A program made the position numbers and the translations under genes. The notes under the pieces are model-generated. The model did not search any database, was not told the DNA's origin, and worked only from the letters and a program-made list of their open reading frames with translations. Shown here piece by piece: positions 10,911-25,265 of a DNA stretch of 64,000 nucleotides (its first letter is position 1; every line of letters begins with the position of its first letter). Location of the stretch: the NCBI RefSeq assembly GCF_018977255.1, contig NW_024704742.1, positions 109,370,001 through 109,434,000 on the forward strand. The letters are read 5' to 3'. The DNA is from Callorhinchus milii. Taxonomy: Eukaryota.

Positions 10911-13900
10911 GATAAAGTCATACAGTCATACAGTCCTCTATCTTGTCAGAGGGGAGGTGTTACTATCAATACCATTAATACACTCAATGTGATTAAGAAA
11001 TCTTGTCTAATGCAAGTATTTCATTTCAATATAAACTATTATTTAATTGTCAGGTTTGGGTACTTCACATTTTGTTTTTAAATGGACCCGTATTTTCATT
11101 AAACAGTGAGGTTTGCACTAACATACCCACAAAACATTCAGGAAATTGCCTCAAATGCTAAATATCACATGATAGAAGCTTTATGACTCCTCGGGCTCTT
11201 TATGACAGTATCTCTTTTAATACAAACTGAATTGTGACTCCATGCAGTATTTGAATTCTACTATAGGTTATCTTTTGTATTACATTTGGAGTAAATGGTT
11301 ACTGTGGGAACCTGTTAAAATTCAGACTGGAACTGTCTCCTCTTTATTGTACACTTCATAGTGGATAAGCTTCCAACTTGGTACTGTGCATAACTAGACA
11401 GAACCTAGATTGCTTTAAAAGTGCCTTGTGCAGATCTGAGTTTTTGATCCTGTGAAATGCTGCACAGTCTCTTTAAACAAATAGCTGAGCACATACAAAT
11501 CTCCTGCCCTGTAAAGATGCTTTCATTTAGAAAGTGCCGCTTTATATCTGCAATAATAGGACCTTTTAGAACAGATTAAGCAAAGAAGTATGACATCATA
11601 TTGCATAGTGTGGATGTTAATGAAATATGAGAGGTCAAACTGGTCTGTTTGGTCGAACAATTAAAAGATTAACAAGAGGTAAACTCAGAATAAGGATGTT
11701 GATTTGTGCTGCATACATGATCTAGCAGAATTCTGCATAAATGTTAAAACTATTGGGAAGATCAGCAATCTTGCAGCAATTGCATGATTTGCAAAAGGAA
11801 TTTTAATAACAAATTCCAGATATGTCCCAGGGTGTCCCTCTGAAATTCCACTCAGATGCCAAACTAAGTTTCAACTTCTGTGAAGTTGGGTGTCTGTCTG
11901 AGCAGAGTTCCAGAGAATCGTCTAAAATATGCTAGTTATGAATGCTTTTGCCATTCACTTTATTAGACTCTGGCACAGTAAGTCTACACTGGTAAATGGT
12001 TTAACTGCAGACAGTGCTGCAAAGATTTTTCAGATTTGAAGATCTAACTTATAATTACAAAACAAATACAATACAAATTTAGATTTATATATCACTTTTC
12101 GTGGGAGGATGTCTGAAGGCGCTTAACAATCCTGGTTTGGCCCACGAGTTGGGGATGGGAGCCGAGAGGGGAGGGGAAAGATGACTGAAAGCACGTCTGT
12201 TCTAATGGGGGTGGGGGAGAAACAAATGAATGTCTTGCAGCGAGAACAGATGAGTGATAGCAAATGTGGTTAGACTGTAGATCAGCTCAGCTTGTATAGA
12301 AACATAGACATTTCAGTCACAGAAAGGGGCAATTTGACTCATTGTGTCTTTGCACTGTTACTATTTTTCTAAATCACCTTTTTAATAATCCCACATTCTG
12401 GCTCTCTCCCCTAATGCTTTCTTAATCATTAAAGATACAAGGGTAAGACCTTGGAACTCAAATGTTAAAGTGAAAACATTAAAGAATAATGATTAGGTGC
12501 ACGTCTAAATTAACTTTCACTCTGTCTCTGTAATATAAAGTAGTACAGTACAAATTTATATAATTTTATATTCATATTATTTACATATTTAATATAGAAA
12601 TAATTCATATAGCGTTTTTAGCATCCCGAGGGACTGGACAGTCTACGATTTGTGCATGAGTTGGGGTGGGGGTCAAGAGGGTTGCTATTGAACAAGTGCT
12701 TTCTCTCAAAACACTTTACATTATGGAATAAAACAAGAATGTAGGCTTTTGCTTTGATTATGACTGAACGTTCCATTTAACTATAGTTTGCATATAAGTA
12801 ATAATAATCCTTCCATTTGATATAGCACTTTTCACATTGTGGGGACGTCTCAGTGCTTCACAGGATTTAATGTAATTTGTAGGTGAATGCAGCAGCTAAT
12901 TTAGGCATAGCCCCATAATATATGAATGGTAGATCACAGTCCAGACCTAGACCATCTTTTTGGCCAACGAGTGTATTCTATAGCGTCTTCGTAAATATAA
13001 AGCTTTCGTAGTCTTAATATTGCATTTTCCACTTACAGATACTTTCACATTTGATTTGGTTTGCACATCATCCAGGACTCATCACTACATATTCTTAAAG
13101 CACTATTTCCATTGATGCTTTGAACATTGAAATGTGTTCAGTGAGCTTACATTAACCTTTGGAGCACAATGCAGACACAATGAGAACCCGTTTCTGAGCA
13201 GACCAGTTCTGTTCATTTTCAACTTGTGCGCTGTGATGCTGAAAAATATAATACAGTATTAATCCTTCTCAGTAAGAGACCAACCACAAGTTAGTACTAC
13301 TAATAATAAATTATTGTTAATAAAGCTTCAAAATCATCGGAGTACTTTTGTTATAATAATTCTAAACTAACATTAAATATAACAACACGTTTTTAAACAA
13401 AAACACATTTTAAAATATTCACCTGCTCTTGTCCTTTTTTCTTTATTTTCTTCTTTATTTTCTTTACGCTAAATCCCTTTTGAATTTTATTTTTGATTAT
13501 TTTTCACCTTCCTCTGGCTTCTCTTTTGACCCACTTCTATCATTAAAGGCTGATTCCTAACTTTCAGTTCCCAGAGACCACTTTGGAATATGGGAGCAAT
13601 GTATTTGTATGTGGGGGTGAGATACCAGAGAGAGCTCTTTCGTCCCTACCCCAGTAAAAAGAAAACAGGGAGGAAAAAAATGCCTTTGGGGAAGAGGACA
13701 AAAATTGGAGGACAAATATTGCTAGGAAAATAAAGTAGTGGCTCTGCTTCCTCCAAGGTGTTCTTTCATTCCACCTCCATACAGAATAGAAATCCAAGAC
13801 AACTGCTAAAGAGATTGGGAAGGTCCTGCTGGCAATCCCCTTCTGCCAGGCAGTCGTTTGCTACCGAGCAGTAGTACTGAGTCAGAAAAGGTGGAAATTG

Positions 13901-14443
13901 CCCTATAGGCATGGCAACGGATGAAGTACTATTACCTGGCACAAAGCCTATTTAAGGTAGCACAAGTTGCTGGAAATCCAGTGCGTCTTTTACAAGGATT
14001 TTCCGAACAAATAAAATATAGAAACGTTACATCCAGATATTAGGAATTTTACCCTTTAAGACCATTTATATTTTGAGCGTAAATAATACAATTTATATCA
14101 TCTAGCAACATATATAATAAATTATTGATACACTTTCCAGTACCCCAAAGGATACTCTATTTTATATAATGTGAATTAATTGTAAAACCAGAGGTAGTTT
14201 TCTGTTATCTAATGTAACTATGTGAAGCAAATGATAAATTCCTGAATGAGTTCTGGTGAAGGAGAACATCAAATATTTAAAATCACATTTGGTTCAGAAT
14301 GAACTGCAAAACTGTTGACTTGACACACAGTGTCTTGGTGTGGAAATAGCATAATGTAAGCAACAAAGAGGCAGATTGCATGGAACATTCTAATGGAGCA
14401 ATCGAGAAAAGTAACACTTATAATTCATTATTACTTTTTCCAG

Positions 14444-14537
14444 TCCTTATCAAAATCCTTCTTCAATCTGAGGGACATCGGATTTGCCAGTGTAAAGATC
14501 ATCAGGGCAGAAGGGTTAATGGTGGCCGATGTCATAG
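14444..14537 (+). CDS. MCTP1: MCTP1-like exon (start of C2C), 94 nt, phase 0 to 1
   Basis: ttttccag acceptor, G|gtaagg donor. SLSKSFFNLRDIGFASVKIIRAEGLMVADVI(G) matches MCTP1 NLKDVGFLQVKVIRAEGLMAADVTG. Confidence 0.93.
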
Positions 14538-15949
14538 GTAAGGAAATACTGTTTAATCTTTCTCTATATAACAACTGTGTTTATCTCTTCAATGTATTGC
14601 TTCTGTCTATTATTTAGGCTCCACGCGATAGGTAACTTTTATCTTTTATTGCTTAAAAGCATTCACTTATATTTCAAGTTACACGGTAACTTAATCTTAA
14701 TAAACATTTTTAAAAATTGTTTTAACATACATAGGTGCTTAAATAGGAAGGTTTTGTAAATTTTCAATAACACAGTTTGGTAACCTCTGCATTATTTGCA
14801 GTTTTGTGTGAATTTTTTTATTAAATTACCTGGGATTTGTTTTTTCCTTTTTTTAAATCCCTCTTCTTAAACCTTTTGGGGTTTTGTTAATAACTTGTTC
14901 AGAAATAATCGCACTGTCCTTCTTTGAATTGCTGTAATTATTTAGCAACCATGTATCTTTCCAAAGTGATTTCAGTGATACTCTGGTGATCTCATTATAG
15001 GTGGGCCAAGTCAGCTGGAATGCACAAAGATCCAGCTGGCTCACTTTGAATTTGCGAAACTGATCTGTTTAGAAATGGGATATAGCCAATTGAAGACAGA
15101 AGCTTTGGCAGTGTTGACTTTTATGGAATAGGATCAGCAGTGGGCAAAGACATCTGGGTTTAAACCAAAATCCGTGGACGGACATTGAAAGAATTGTGGC
15201 TTGTGCAACTGCACCTCTCCCCATTCCCTCTAAGGCATTCAGTGCTTCACCCTAACTGTTGTTTTTATTTGGCAAAAGTTTGTATTAATAATAGTATATT
15301 AATATAGATAGTGAGCTTCAGTAAAAGTAAATCTAACAACATAAAATCAGTGTTAACATACAGTATTTTTTTCATACAAGCGTATTGCTGTTAAGAGTAA
15401 AATTTAATTGATATTATAATGGCTCCACTTCCCCGATCTGATTAAAACAAATCATTTTTAAAAAGATATTGCTGAATTGGTAGCATAGGGTTTTTCAATT
15501 CTAACAGGTAACGTGTTTATTAAATTAAAACTCAGTGTTTAAAACTTAAAAATCCTGAATTTAGACCTTTTAATTTATTGCCAAAGTACGTTTGCCATCC
15601 TTATTGTTGATTTTGGTCAAAGGGTCACTTTTTGGGAGCTCCCTCCTACACAGAAAAATTATTATAACAATAATATTAATCTAATAATATTATAATATAA
15701 TAATATTCCTTGCATTTTATATAGTGCCTTATTATGTCATTGATACGTCTCAAAGCATTGCTGTATATTTTGTGGGCAAAACGTAGCAGCAAATTGCTCA
15801 CAGCAGTATCCCACAAACAATCATGGATTGAGTGACCAAATTATTTTTTGGAAGGTATTATTACCCCCAGAAAGTGAACGGTTTTCTAAATTAATAAGTA
15901 AATTCTACCTGGGTTTCTATTTACTCTATTTATGTAGCATTACAGAGCA

Positions 15950-16076
15950 TCCAGAGTTTGGCAAATTGTTGAATTCAGGCTTAACTTTGAAGCCAGCTTT
16001 CTGTAGTTCTTAAAAGAACTTGGAGAAAATCAGCTCCAAAATTAAGGCTATGTTTAAGAATTAGCCAAACTTTGGA
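15950..16076. repeat. Imperfect 127-bp palindrome (hairpin MITE-like)
   Basis: tccagagtttggcaaattgttgaa..agttctt-aa-aagaact..ttaagaattagccaaactttgga; the arms pair along their whole length with mismatches. Confidence 0.75.
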
Positions 16077-17024
16077 CCCTCTGGAAGACTGAAATGGAAC
16101 TTCTCCCTACAGTGTCTTATTCCTGTAATTGTTTGTACATTGTTTTACAATTACCTAATCCTATAACTGGGTCACCAGGTCACACAAAGCATACAGAATG
16201 TACAAATAAAACAAATGCAGGTTAGCCAATATCAGTTATTTAAACAGTGGAAACTAAATTTTACTCTATGAGGAAAAACTATTAAGTGTATAATAAACAG
16301 TGAATATAGAATTTTATGGCTATTCATTTTCAGATTATTTCTCAACGTAGAAACAATGTCACAATCATTCAATCTCTTGTGTAGATGTCATCACATATGA
16401 AGGGCACAGAACAAACTGAGATCCAAAGCTGACAGAAACCTGATCAAAACTGAATTAAAAAGCCTGTGTAAAATCAAAATTAATAGATACCAGAGAGAGA
16501 TTTCACGGCAGTAAACTTATCTGGGGTTGAAATGGCAATGGTAAACTGCTGTCATTTTGCTGTTGTGCTTTATGACGTTTGATTAAACTGCTGCTTTTTA
16601 ACATTTCCACTATTCTTTACATACTGGTCGAACTTGAACTATATTATAGATTTTTCATAGGTGCATATCATGTAATTAATATCAGATCACGCAGCAAAAA
16701 GTATCTGATATGAGGTTACTTTATGGAGGTCTGGCTCTGTAAAGTAGCACAATACAAATCATATAAAATATTCTGATTCTATCATTTTATTAAAGAATTC
16801 AATATGTAGAATTTGATTGGATTCTGGGCATATTTAGTATCTCTCCTTGGGAGGAATATTTTATTATTATAATGTTTTTCATGCATAGTTAGGAGAGAAA
16901 AATGCAAACCTTGAATATAAAAATATATATTTTAAAATTGTGTGTATGTGATTGAAAAATAATTACTCTACAATGTATTGTTTTCAAATGAAAGCAAAAA
17001 ATGCAATACATTTAGGTAGTACAA

Positions 17025-17300
17025 GACAACATTGTTATAACGCAATCGTCTGGGTCCATTGTCTCAAGCTCCTCATTGTGATAAAGTGTGGAAAAATGGC
17101 CAAATTCTGAGTCCTCAGATGACTACTGCCCATTGAGCAAGTGCGTGCTGATGTCATGCGATTAAAAAAAGGCTGACTTTCTGCTATCAAATCACTGCTG
17201 ATGACACTTCCTGCCGGTTGAGCGCAATACTTGCTGGTTTCCTACACTAAAAATGGCCGAAGTCCAGGTCATTAAGTCACTGGTGATGTCACTTTTTGCT
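17025..17300 (+). mobile_element. Tigger/pogo-like non-autonomous DNA transposon remnant
   Basis: The caacattgttataacgcaatcgtctgggtcc end motif recurs at 59848 (caaccctgttataatgcggttgtttggaccc), at 31468, and inverted near 4075. Confidence 0.45.
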
Positions 17301-20300
17301 TGTTGAGCACATTGATACTGACTCTCAGATGGTCAGGGCACTGCTGACTTCACTTCCTTACTCTATGTCAGGGAGCCCTATACAAGATAAAGATAATATC
17401 CATATTTTAAGGCAATACAGAAAAGACAATATTCAACAACATTAGTCATAAAGAACAAGACATTGAATTAGGTTAAGAGCAAGACACTGTGCATTGTATT
17501 GCATCAAATCCATTGAAATAAAGCTATCGTGTGACAGAGAACATTGCCTACACTCCAAGCTACCATAAATCTTTCAGTAGTTACAAAAGATTGTTTTTCC
17601 TTTAACGAGAACTGCGTTCTGGAGCAGTAAACAGTCACTTAGAAATATTTGAATAGTACATTAACCCTTTCAAATTAAAAAGCAATTAGGAATGCTTTGG
17701 GTTCTTTTCTGAATGAGAGGGTTAAGAGAACAAATTACTTTTAGTGAAACTGTGAATTCCTTTCTTTTGCACAATGACTCATTGCCTTGTTCAGCTGAAT
17801 GCCACCACAGTGTTTCCCCTCAATTAAGCTCCTCATAAAATGTTGAGTGGGGAGTATATTTTTTTCCTTTATGAATGGCTTAGTGTTGGATGCCGCATTT
17901 CAATCACTCGAGGTTATTAACAAGAAAAAAGGGATTAAGTGTTGTAGTTAATACCTCATTTAACAACTCCCACATATTGATTAAGTATAACTGCAGCATT
18001 CTTCAACAAGAAAGGGAAAGAGTGGGCTGAAATTTTATATAAATTAGTCAGTGCTATTCATCCTGGAGCTGGGCTAGCAGCCTTTTGGAGGGGGTCCTTT
18101 GCATGTTGAATGCTTATCATCGTTAATCAGATGGCTCTGAGACACTCGTGAGCAGCAGTGTAATAAACAGTGATACAAAACGTAACAGGGCCATTAGTAG
18201 AGCTGCTGAATTTGACCGGGTTAAGGTTGTCAGTTGGTCTGGAAAACAGCCTGTTTGGCTGTCTGTGGGCCTTAATTAAGATGTGTTCAATTCTGACTCC
18301 CCTGCTGTGTCACAGACCAGTGCTCAGACATTTTCAGCTGGTCCAGCCCATGACTTTGACCTTCTGCGCAGTCCGAAGTTCCCTGGGGAACCGTTCAGCT
18401 CATGAGGTCTGATTTCACACTTCTAGCCCGCCTCAGCTCTCTTAACAATGACAGGGAGACAAAGCTCTTTAGAGTATGGCGCATGGGGACTTGTTTAAAT
18501 TGGAAACTAGAGAGGTGTCAAGGAACAAGGTTATGGGCTACAGAATAGCATTTTTAATAAAGAGCTCAGAGCTTTGAATCAGCTTAAAGGCTTGGTTTAC
18601 CAATACAATTAACAGTGAGGGATGTTACCTTTCTGAATCTTTTATATTCCCATAACATATTTTATCTTTAAACAAGTAGGAAAGCTGAAAAAAATCAAAT
18701 TGCATTTATTGTTTTGATAAATAATAAGTGCAGTAACTTTAGAAAGGTATGTCAATGATCTACAATTGTTGTTGACCATTTTAGCATTAACCATTCGATA
18801 CATTTCACTTTACGTGAATATTAAATTAATTCTAATAACTGAATGTGATTACAAGTCAGCACTTAATGAAAGGGTTCAAAGAATGAAACTTGGTCAATTT
18901 AGAACTGCTTTCTAAACTTGTAAAATTACGTTATTACTCCAGAATATATTTTTTAAACAAAATATACTGTGGATATTATTGGAATTGTTTTATTTAATTT
19001 CAGAATATATGTTCCCTTCCAATTACTTTAAGGAATACAGATTAAGAAATTAGTTTCTTGTTGAGAGCTAAAACTCGGGGCTCCAGTTGAATGACAATAT
19101 CACAGCTAACCCTTTAATACCCTTTTCCCTCCATCACACCGCATCCACAACATGAACATTTACTGGTCGGCGATGTTACCGACAATAATAATAATAATAA
19201 CTTTGCTTTGCATCATGGTGAAAACCATTACTGAATAAAATGTTGTCTATCTGACGTGAAAGGCGCTCTATAAATGTAATTTTGTTGTTGTTGCTATTGT
19301 TGTTGCAGTTTTTTTATATTATAGTTTTTTTTGTATTTATTTGTACAGAAAGATTCAGGCTGATGAGCAATACAATATTTCAAAAGATTATTAAGAATAT
19401 TACTATATTTAGCAAAAGAATAAAGAGGGAGATTGCTAATCAATATACAGTTACTACACTTGACAGAAAACTCTGAAGCGCTTTGAGATGTTATGATGTT
19501 ATAAGGTGTTATATCAAACGCAAGTGCTATCAATAATAAGATTTATCTTTAGTTTTTACACAATACAATACAAAATTACATTTGTAAAGCACCTTTCACG
19601 TCGGGAGGGATGACGTCCCAAGATTTTAGAGAGCTTCAATCTCAATATCTTACAATAAATAATGATTTGAAAATGCAATGTAGTTTACATAGATTAAGAA
19701 TGTTTAAGTGTAAGAAACCTTCAGCCCATTGTTACAGTATCATTTTTAACAAAAAATGGTTAAAGCTTTGGCTTTATTTTACTTTGTTGTGAAATGAGCA
19801 TCCTAAACAATGAACTTAACTACTTAGAAGGCTGCCTTTAAATGTCATCGCTTTTGTGGGCCTGTAGGCTGTAGGATTGTCGAATGGAACTTGCTGTGTT
19901 GGCTGCAGAGATATCCTGTAAGAATGTCTCTGGACAACTAGTTTATCAAGGCTTTAAACTCACTTTGGTATGTTTCCTGTAGATATTTTGTGCTTGCTTG
20001 CCTGCCAGTACATTTTTAAACAGATTCATAAAGCAGAGGTGTAAAGAGTTTGGGCCTGAGATAGAGAAAATATGTTTGTAATCGGGTTAGTCGATCATGA
20101 CAATTGTGCATGACAATTTCATGCAAAGCAAACCACAAGAGAACTTATTTTGATTCGCTCTTATATTGCACACCACAAAATAATCCTTTTAAAAATCCTA
20201 AGGTCAAAAATTATGTTTTATTCAATAACTAAATTGCATTTTTGAGAAACTAGATTATGTTTGTATAAAGATTATATGCACTTGATTTCACACAGATAGA

Positions 20301-21129
20301 GATATTTTTACTGATCTCTAATTTTTTTAGCCACTGTTTCTCCTCCCTTTCCTGAGTTTAGTTCCATATGGGTCAGCAATCCACTGGTATCTAATAATAA
20401 TAATAATCCTTGAATTTATTATTTATTCATGTTGGGAAGACATCTTAAAGCACTGTAAAGTAGACTGTGTATTTTATATATGAATGCCTGAAATTGGAAT
20501 ACTTGTAAATATGAAAATCAGCTGCTCTGAATGGCAAACCAATAACCCCTTATACATATGCACATATGGACATCAAATGAACATAGGATCATCCCATCAG
20601 AGAACCTAGATAGTGGGCTCTGTCATATGCTGATTGGTAATAATAGTGATTTTATTACATCCTTATATACTGGGATTTCCTAATAAAGAGATTGAAAAGA
20701 TTGTTATGTTTCAGTCTAAGTAGAGTATTTGATCATGGAGGATATTACAAGCAGGCATTATCCTGTTCTCACTTGATATCTGTGTATGCATTTGTATGGG
20801 TTACTATACAGCCATTGAGAGCGGCTGATTTTCTTATATTCCCAAATATTCCAAATGGTGCTTGGCTAAGATCACCTGATTCAGCACAGATCAAGAATTG
20901 AAATGCTGGCATCGTAATATACTGTGCAGTGATATTACTCACTAGACCTTTGGGAAAGCCATTTGGGCAGCTAGTTCTACATTTTCTCTACCCTTTGTGT
21001 AAGGAAATTCATCCAAAATTAAATAATGGATACCAGACAAGAATGATTCCAAAGCAATGTTGATATTCTTATAGTCAAATGTAATACTAACTCTAAAAGA
21101 ACTTTTAAACCTTCACAGATTTTAGGTAT

Positions 21130-21670
21130 GATATTCATGGTTATATAAAAGCATAGTTAGACCACTTTTGGAGTATGAGGTCCAATTCTAGTTGTTACAC
21201 TACAAGGATATGGCAACAATGGAATGAGCACAATGTAGGTTTAGTTGGATGATACCAGGGCTGGTAGGTTACTGCTATCAGGATAGACTAGATATATTGG
21301 GCTTTTGTTCACCAGAGAAAAGACATTGAAAAGGGACCTAATAGAGATGTTTAAAATTATAAAAAGGCTTTGATAAGGTTAGCACAAATACGCAGTTCCC
21401 AGTTGTTGGTGACACAAGATGGAAACTAGGGGATCTAACTGAAAATTTTGGATGAACTACCTCACGCAGAGGGTAGAGAAAATGTAAAACTACCTACCTG
21501 AAGCAGTTGAAACAGGTAGTATAGATGCATTTAAAAGAAAGCTAAATATGCACATAAGAGAATAGAAGGGTATGGGAGGGAGTAAAGAATACCTAAAGAC
21601 TTGTATGAAGTATAAACATGACACAGATTATTTGCTTTGTATGGCCTGTTTCTGTGCTGTGTATCTATGT
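21130..21670 (+). mobile_element. Old CR1 3' fragment
   Basis: Decayed LYKSIVRP..GLxSLEKRxLxGDLIExFKI..AFKRKL coding remnants and a tggcctgtttctgtgctgt 3' end. Confidence 0.8.
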
Positions 21671-23567
21671 ACATATGTAAATCTATATAAATACTCCTAT
21701 CTCACTTGATAAAATAGCATTATTTTTCTTTACATCCTGAGAATGGGAAATCCCATTAGTAATCAGCATGATTCATCAAATTGCTTTGGAAAAGCCTTAA
21801 TAATAAAGCAATCTTTAATTTATTTTCCACATTACCTATATCCATGTTTTGTTCCCTTGTTTGTTTTTGTAAAGTGACTCAGCAGCTAGAAATGTCCTGG
21901 AGGAAAATATTGGGAATAAATTTCAAAGATGGCTATCTACTTAATAACAAAAGCTTGAAACGTACATAATACCATCGATATGTCAATGCACTGACCGTGC
22001 GTGTGTATTGGTTTCCAGTGAACTGGCCCAACAACTGCCTCTTAGTTCTGTGGCTAAAATGCATTGGTGACTGTTTATTCACAGAATTAATTTAGTTTGA
22101 CCAAATGCTTCTAGGTGTATCTTTGTTTCTGCATCCCTTTGACAGAATTGACACATTTTCATGGTAGTCACTAAAAAGACCTGATTAGCTGCTCAGTATT
22201 CTCTAGCCTTATAAAAGGCTCTTTTGATCTCCTTAGTGAAAAGAGTCGCAATTACCTCAGGCATGCTGGTGGTAAGCCAGGCTCCATACTGAGGTATTTT
22301 CATGGTGTTGGGGGCCTATCCATTAAATCTGTTGGCAGTTCCTTATCATCAGGTTAAACCCCACAGAAATGTCATGATATCCTTAACCTGAGTGAGTCAC
22401 ACCAGCCACTTGCCCTTATCAAGGGCTCTGCAAGTGGGTATTCCAGTGAATGAGGCAGACTTCCCTCATAGAACAATATTGGGGTTGATGCTGCATTCCT
22501 AAAATAAACAGGTTTATATATTACTTTTGGTCCATTTTTTGTTGAAGAAACGCTCAAAGTCCAACAAAAAGTCGAAAGGCGAAACACAGCCACATAAATT
22601 GCCTTTGCCTTCCTTCAGGATTGTATGTTTTCTTGTGAGTAGTACAGGTTCAATCACAAACCTGAAGTAGAAATCAGCCTAGCAGTTTCCAGTTTGTGAA
22701 TATCTGTCTCAAAGATGATACCATAAATACACCAGTCGGTTAAAATAAAAGTTGACATACAGAGACTGAATTTCAGAGAAATATATTGCGATGCATTGAA
22801 CTCTCATTCCACTGTATGAAGTATAAAAAAGTTTGTTAAAAGGAAGTGGAAAATATGCTGCAGCTTTCCATTGGCTAATATGAAATGACAATTTCTACAT
22901 GAAGGACAGTTAAACTAAGAGCCATGAATTCCGTGGCAGTGCAATGGATTACATAAGAAAGTACGTTGTAAGGTACTTTCTTATAAGTTGGGTTCGTTTG
23001 TAAGGCAGATTCCTTCTGTTCCTGCGTCTGCCGTGAACCAGCTGAATTTTTGCATGATTAAAGTGACCAGCTTCTGAGTTGTCAGGTCGCAGCCAACTTC
23101 ACTTTTTTGTCCGCTTTGCAGATGTGTACTAAGTGCAGAATACCCTGTTATTGCCAACTTCCTGCGTGATATTAGCATGTAGCGACATCAGTGGTGACCT
23201 GAAGATGGAAGTTTGTATTGTTTTAGCATGAGAAGCCATCACATATGCACTCAATGGTCAAGAAGTAACATCAAAGCAACCTGGTGGCCTAGAAGTCAGC
23301 TATTTGTCTGCATTTCTTTATAGTTTGAGTTTTGATCACCATTTCACAAAACTGTGAGACAATATTTGCATTATGAAAAGAACTAATATTAATTAAATTA
23401 TTACTCACAATGTAAAATGAGCAATGGAATAAGAGTAGAGAAACTTAAGCTTTAAAGTCTGCAAAAAAGGTATTTAAGTGGAACCTTATCAAAAGTATCA
23501 ATAATTGACAATTTTTGACTTAAATTTTCTTTCATTTAGAAAAGCATTGTTCATGTTGTTTCTTTAG

Positions 23568-23670
23568 GGAGCAGTGACCCATTTTGTGTGATTGAACTGA
23601 ACAACGACAGACTTCAGACGCATACAATCCATAGGAGTCTCAACCCGATATGGAATAAAGTCTTCACTTT
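23568..23670 (+). CDS. MCTP1: MCTP1-like exon (C2C), 103 nt, phase 1 to 2
   Basis: tctttag acceptor, gtgagt donor. (G)[33 protein letters not shown](F) carries the C2 motifs SDPF and LNPxWN. Confidence 0.95.
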
Positions 23671-24889
23671 GTGAGTATGAGCACACTGATCTCCTGCTAA
23701 CTGAACCAAACATAATGAGAACATAGCTGCCTTTCCCAACCCAAAATCTTAGTTAAATCCAACAACAAGAATTTGCAGTTATATAGTGCCCTTCCCGCGG
23801 GATAGCCTCCCGGAGCCCTTGGGAAATCCAATAATGGTCCTTCAAACTACAGTACAGCAACAAACATGCTCTCCACCTGAACTACACTAAATCAATAAAG
23901 TCTAGTAGTTCAGATTAGGTCTCCAAAATTAACAGCTAACAAACAAGAGCTTTTTCAAATTCTATATTTCCAATTTATTGTATTCGCCTTTCCAACTACA
24001 AATCTTGAGGCAAGGAGGTAATGGTAATGTCAGTGTTGATGTGGCTGCTAGGGAGTGTTGATTTGCCCTCTGTCTTGCTCTCCCTCTTTTGGAAGGAAAT
24101 CCCTGGCCTCTGTTTGGCACCTGACTCTGACAGCTCTGGGGAAGTTAAAAACTGCCTAGGCCATGGTCTATATTTTAACCAGCCTGTTAAAGCTCCATCT
24201 CACTGTGCTGCCTTGCTAGTAAAACTGCCTTCACTTTGAAGACAAATTTCACAGCTATACCCTATTCAACCGACATTTCTGACAAGAGATTTCAAATAGC
24301 TAATGGGCCTAGTTGTCAGTGAAATAATTCTGGTGAAGAAATCCCAAGCACAAAAAGGAAATTATGAAAACAGACATTTACAGTTTTGCAGTTTTGCTGA
24401 AGAAAATGTAATGTCAATCAAGTGACCCTTTCCTTCCCCACTACATATGACACCGTGTATATAAAACACAATTTGTGCTGCCTAAAATGGCAGAAAGAAG
24501 TGTGTAATGACTGCATTCCATTAGAAAAGGTCAAATTGTTCATCTCTTAAATTACACAGAGGAGATGGAGATCTTCTAATGTACAGACTGGCTAAATAGG
24601 GGTTACACTGTCAAGAGAGATGACTTCAACGGAAAGACATTCCATTTATTTAAGAGGTTCATATTTACTGTATTAACATTTAACATTATTTATATGTGTG
24701 CATCTTTTTTAGCTACGATGAATAAATCGTCACAAGAACTCTTGAATTACTAGTGATCTTTAAGAATAGCAAATACCTACAATGCATTGATGCTTCAGAG
24801 ATATTGTTTAGGACCCACAGTTGGCTTCTGATGTGGACTGGCTGCCATTCAGGCTGCTACTTAATGGGTTGTCAGGTCACTGCCAACAT

Positions 24890-25265
24890 CTCTTACTGTG
24901 CATGTTTGGCTCACAAAATATACAGTCAATTCACTTTACAGTATATTCTGGGAAGAGCTTTGAGACGTCTCAAAGACGTGATCAGACACTGTATCAAATG
25001 CAAAGAATATTATCAATATGGGTGCTATGTGCGGGAAGTACTGCTAACGTCAATCATTTTATATACAGATCCGTATTTGGTGGTGGTGGTAGGTAAATAG
25101 TGCTTCTCAAATAGTGCCATGGGATCTTTAATATCTTTAATGCCTACACCCAGCACTGCACTGGAGTGTCAGTAGAGACTATATGAGTTCAAGTACCGAC
25201 ATGGGACTTGAACCCACAATCTTTTGACTCAGAGACAAGAGTGCTACCACTGAGCCAGACTGACA
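24890..25265. mobile_element. SINE 3' fragment (+, about 24890-25015) and DeuSINE head (-, about 25100-25265)
   Basis: tcacaaaatatacagtcaattcactttacag..tatcaaatgcaa; gggacttgaacccacaatcttttgactcagagacaagagtgctaccactgagcc. Confidence 0.8.

Noticed and set aside
13343..13622. About 200-nt AG-free T-rich tract followed by a possible 42-nt in-frame cassette (13575-13616)
   Set aside because: It would use the third AG, the donor (gtgaga) is modest, and the peptide has no MCTP similarity; it is unsupported without RNA-seq.
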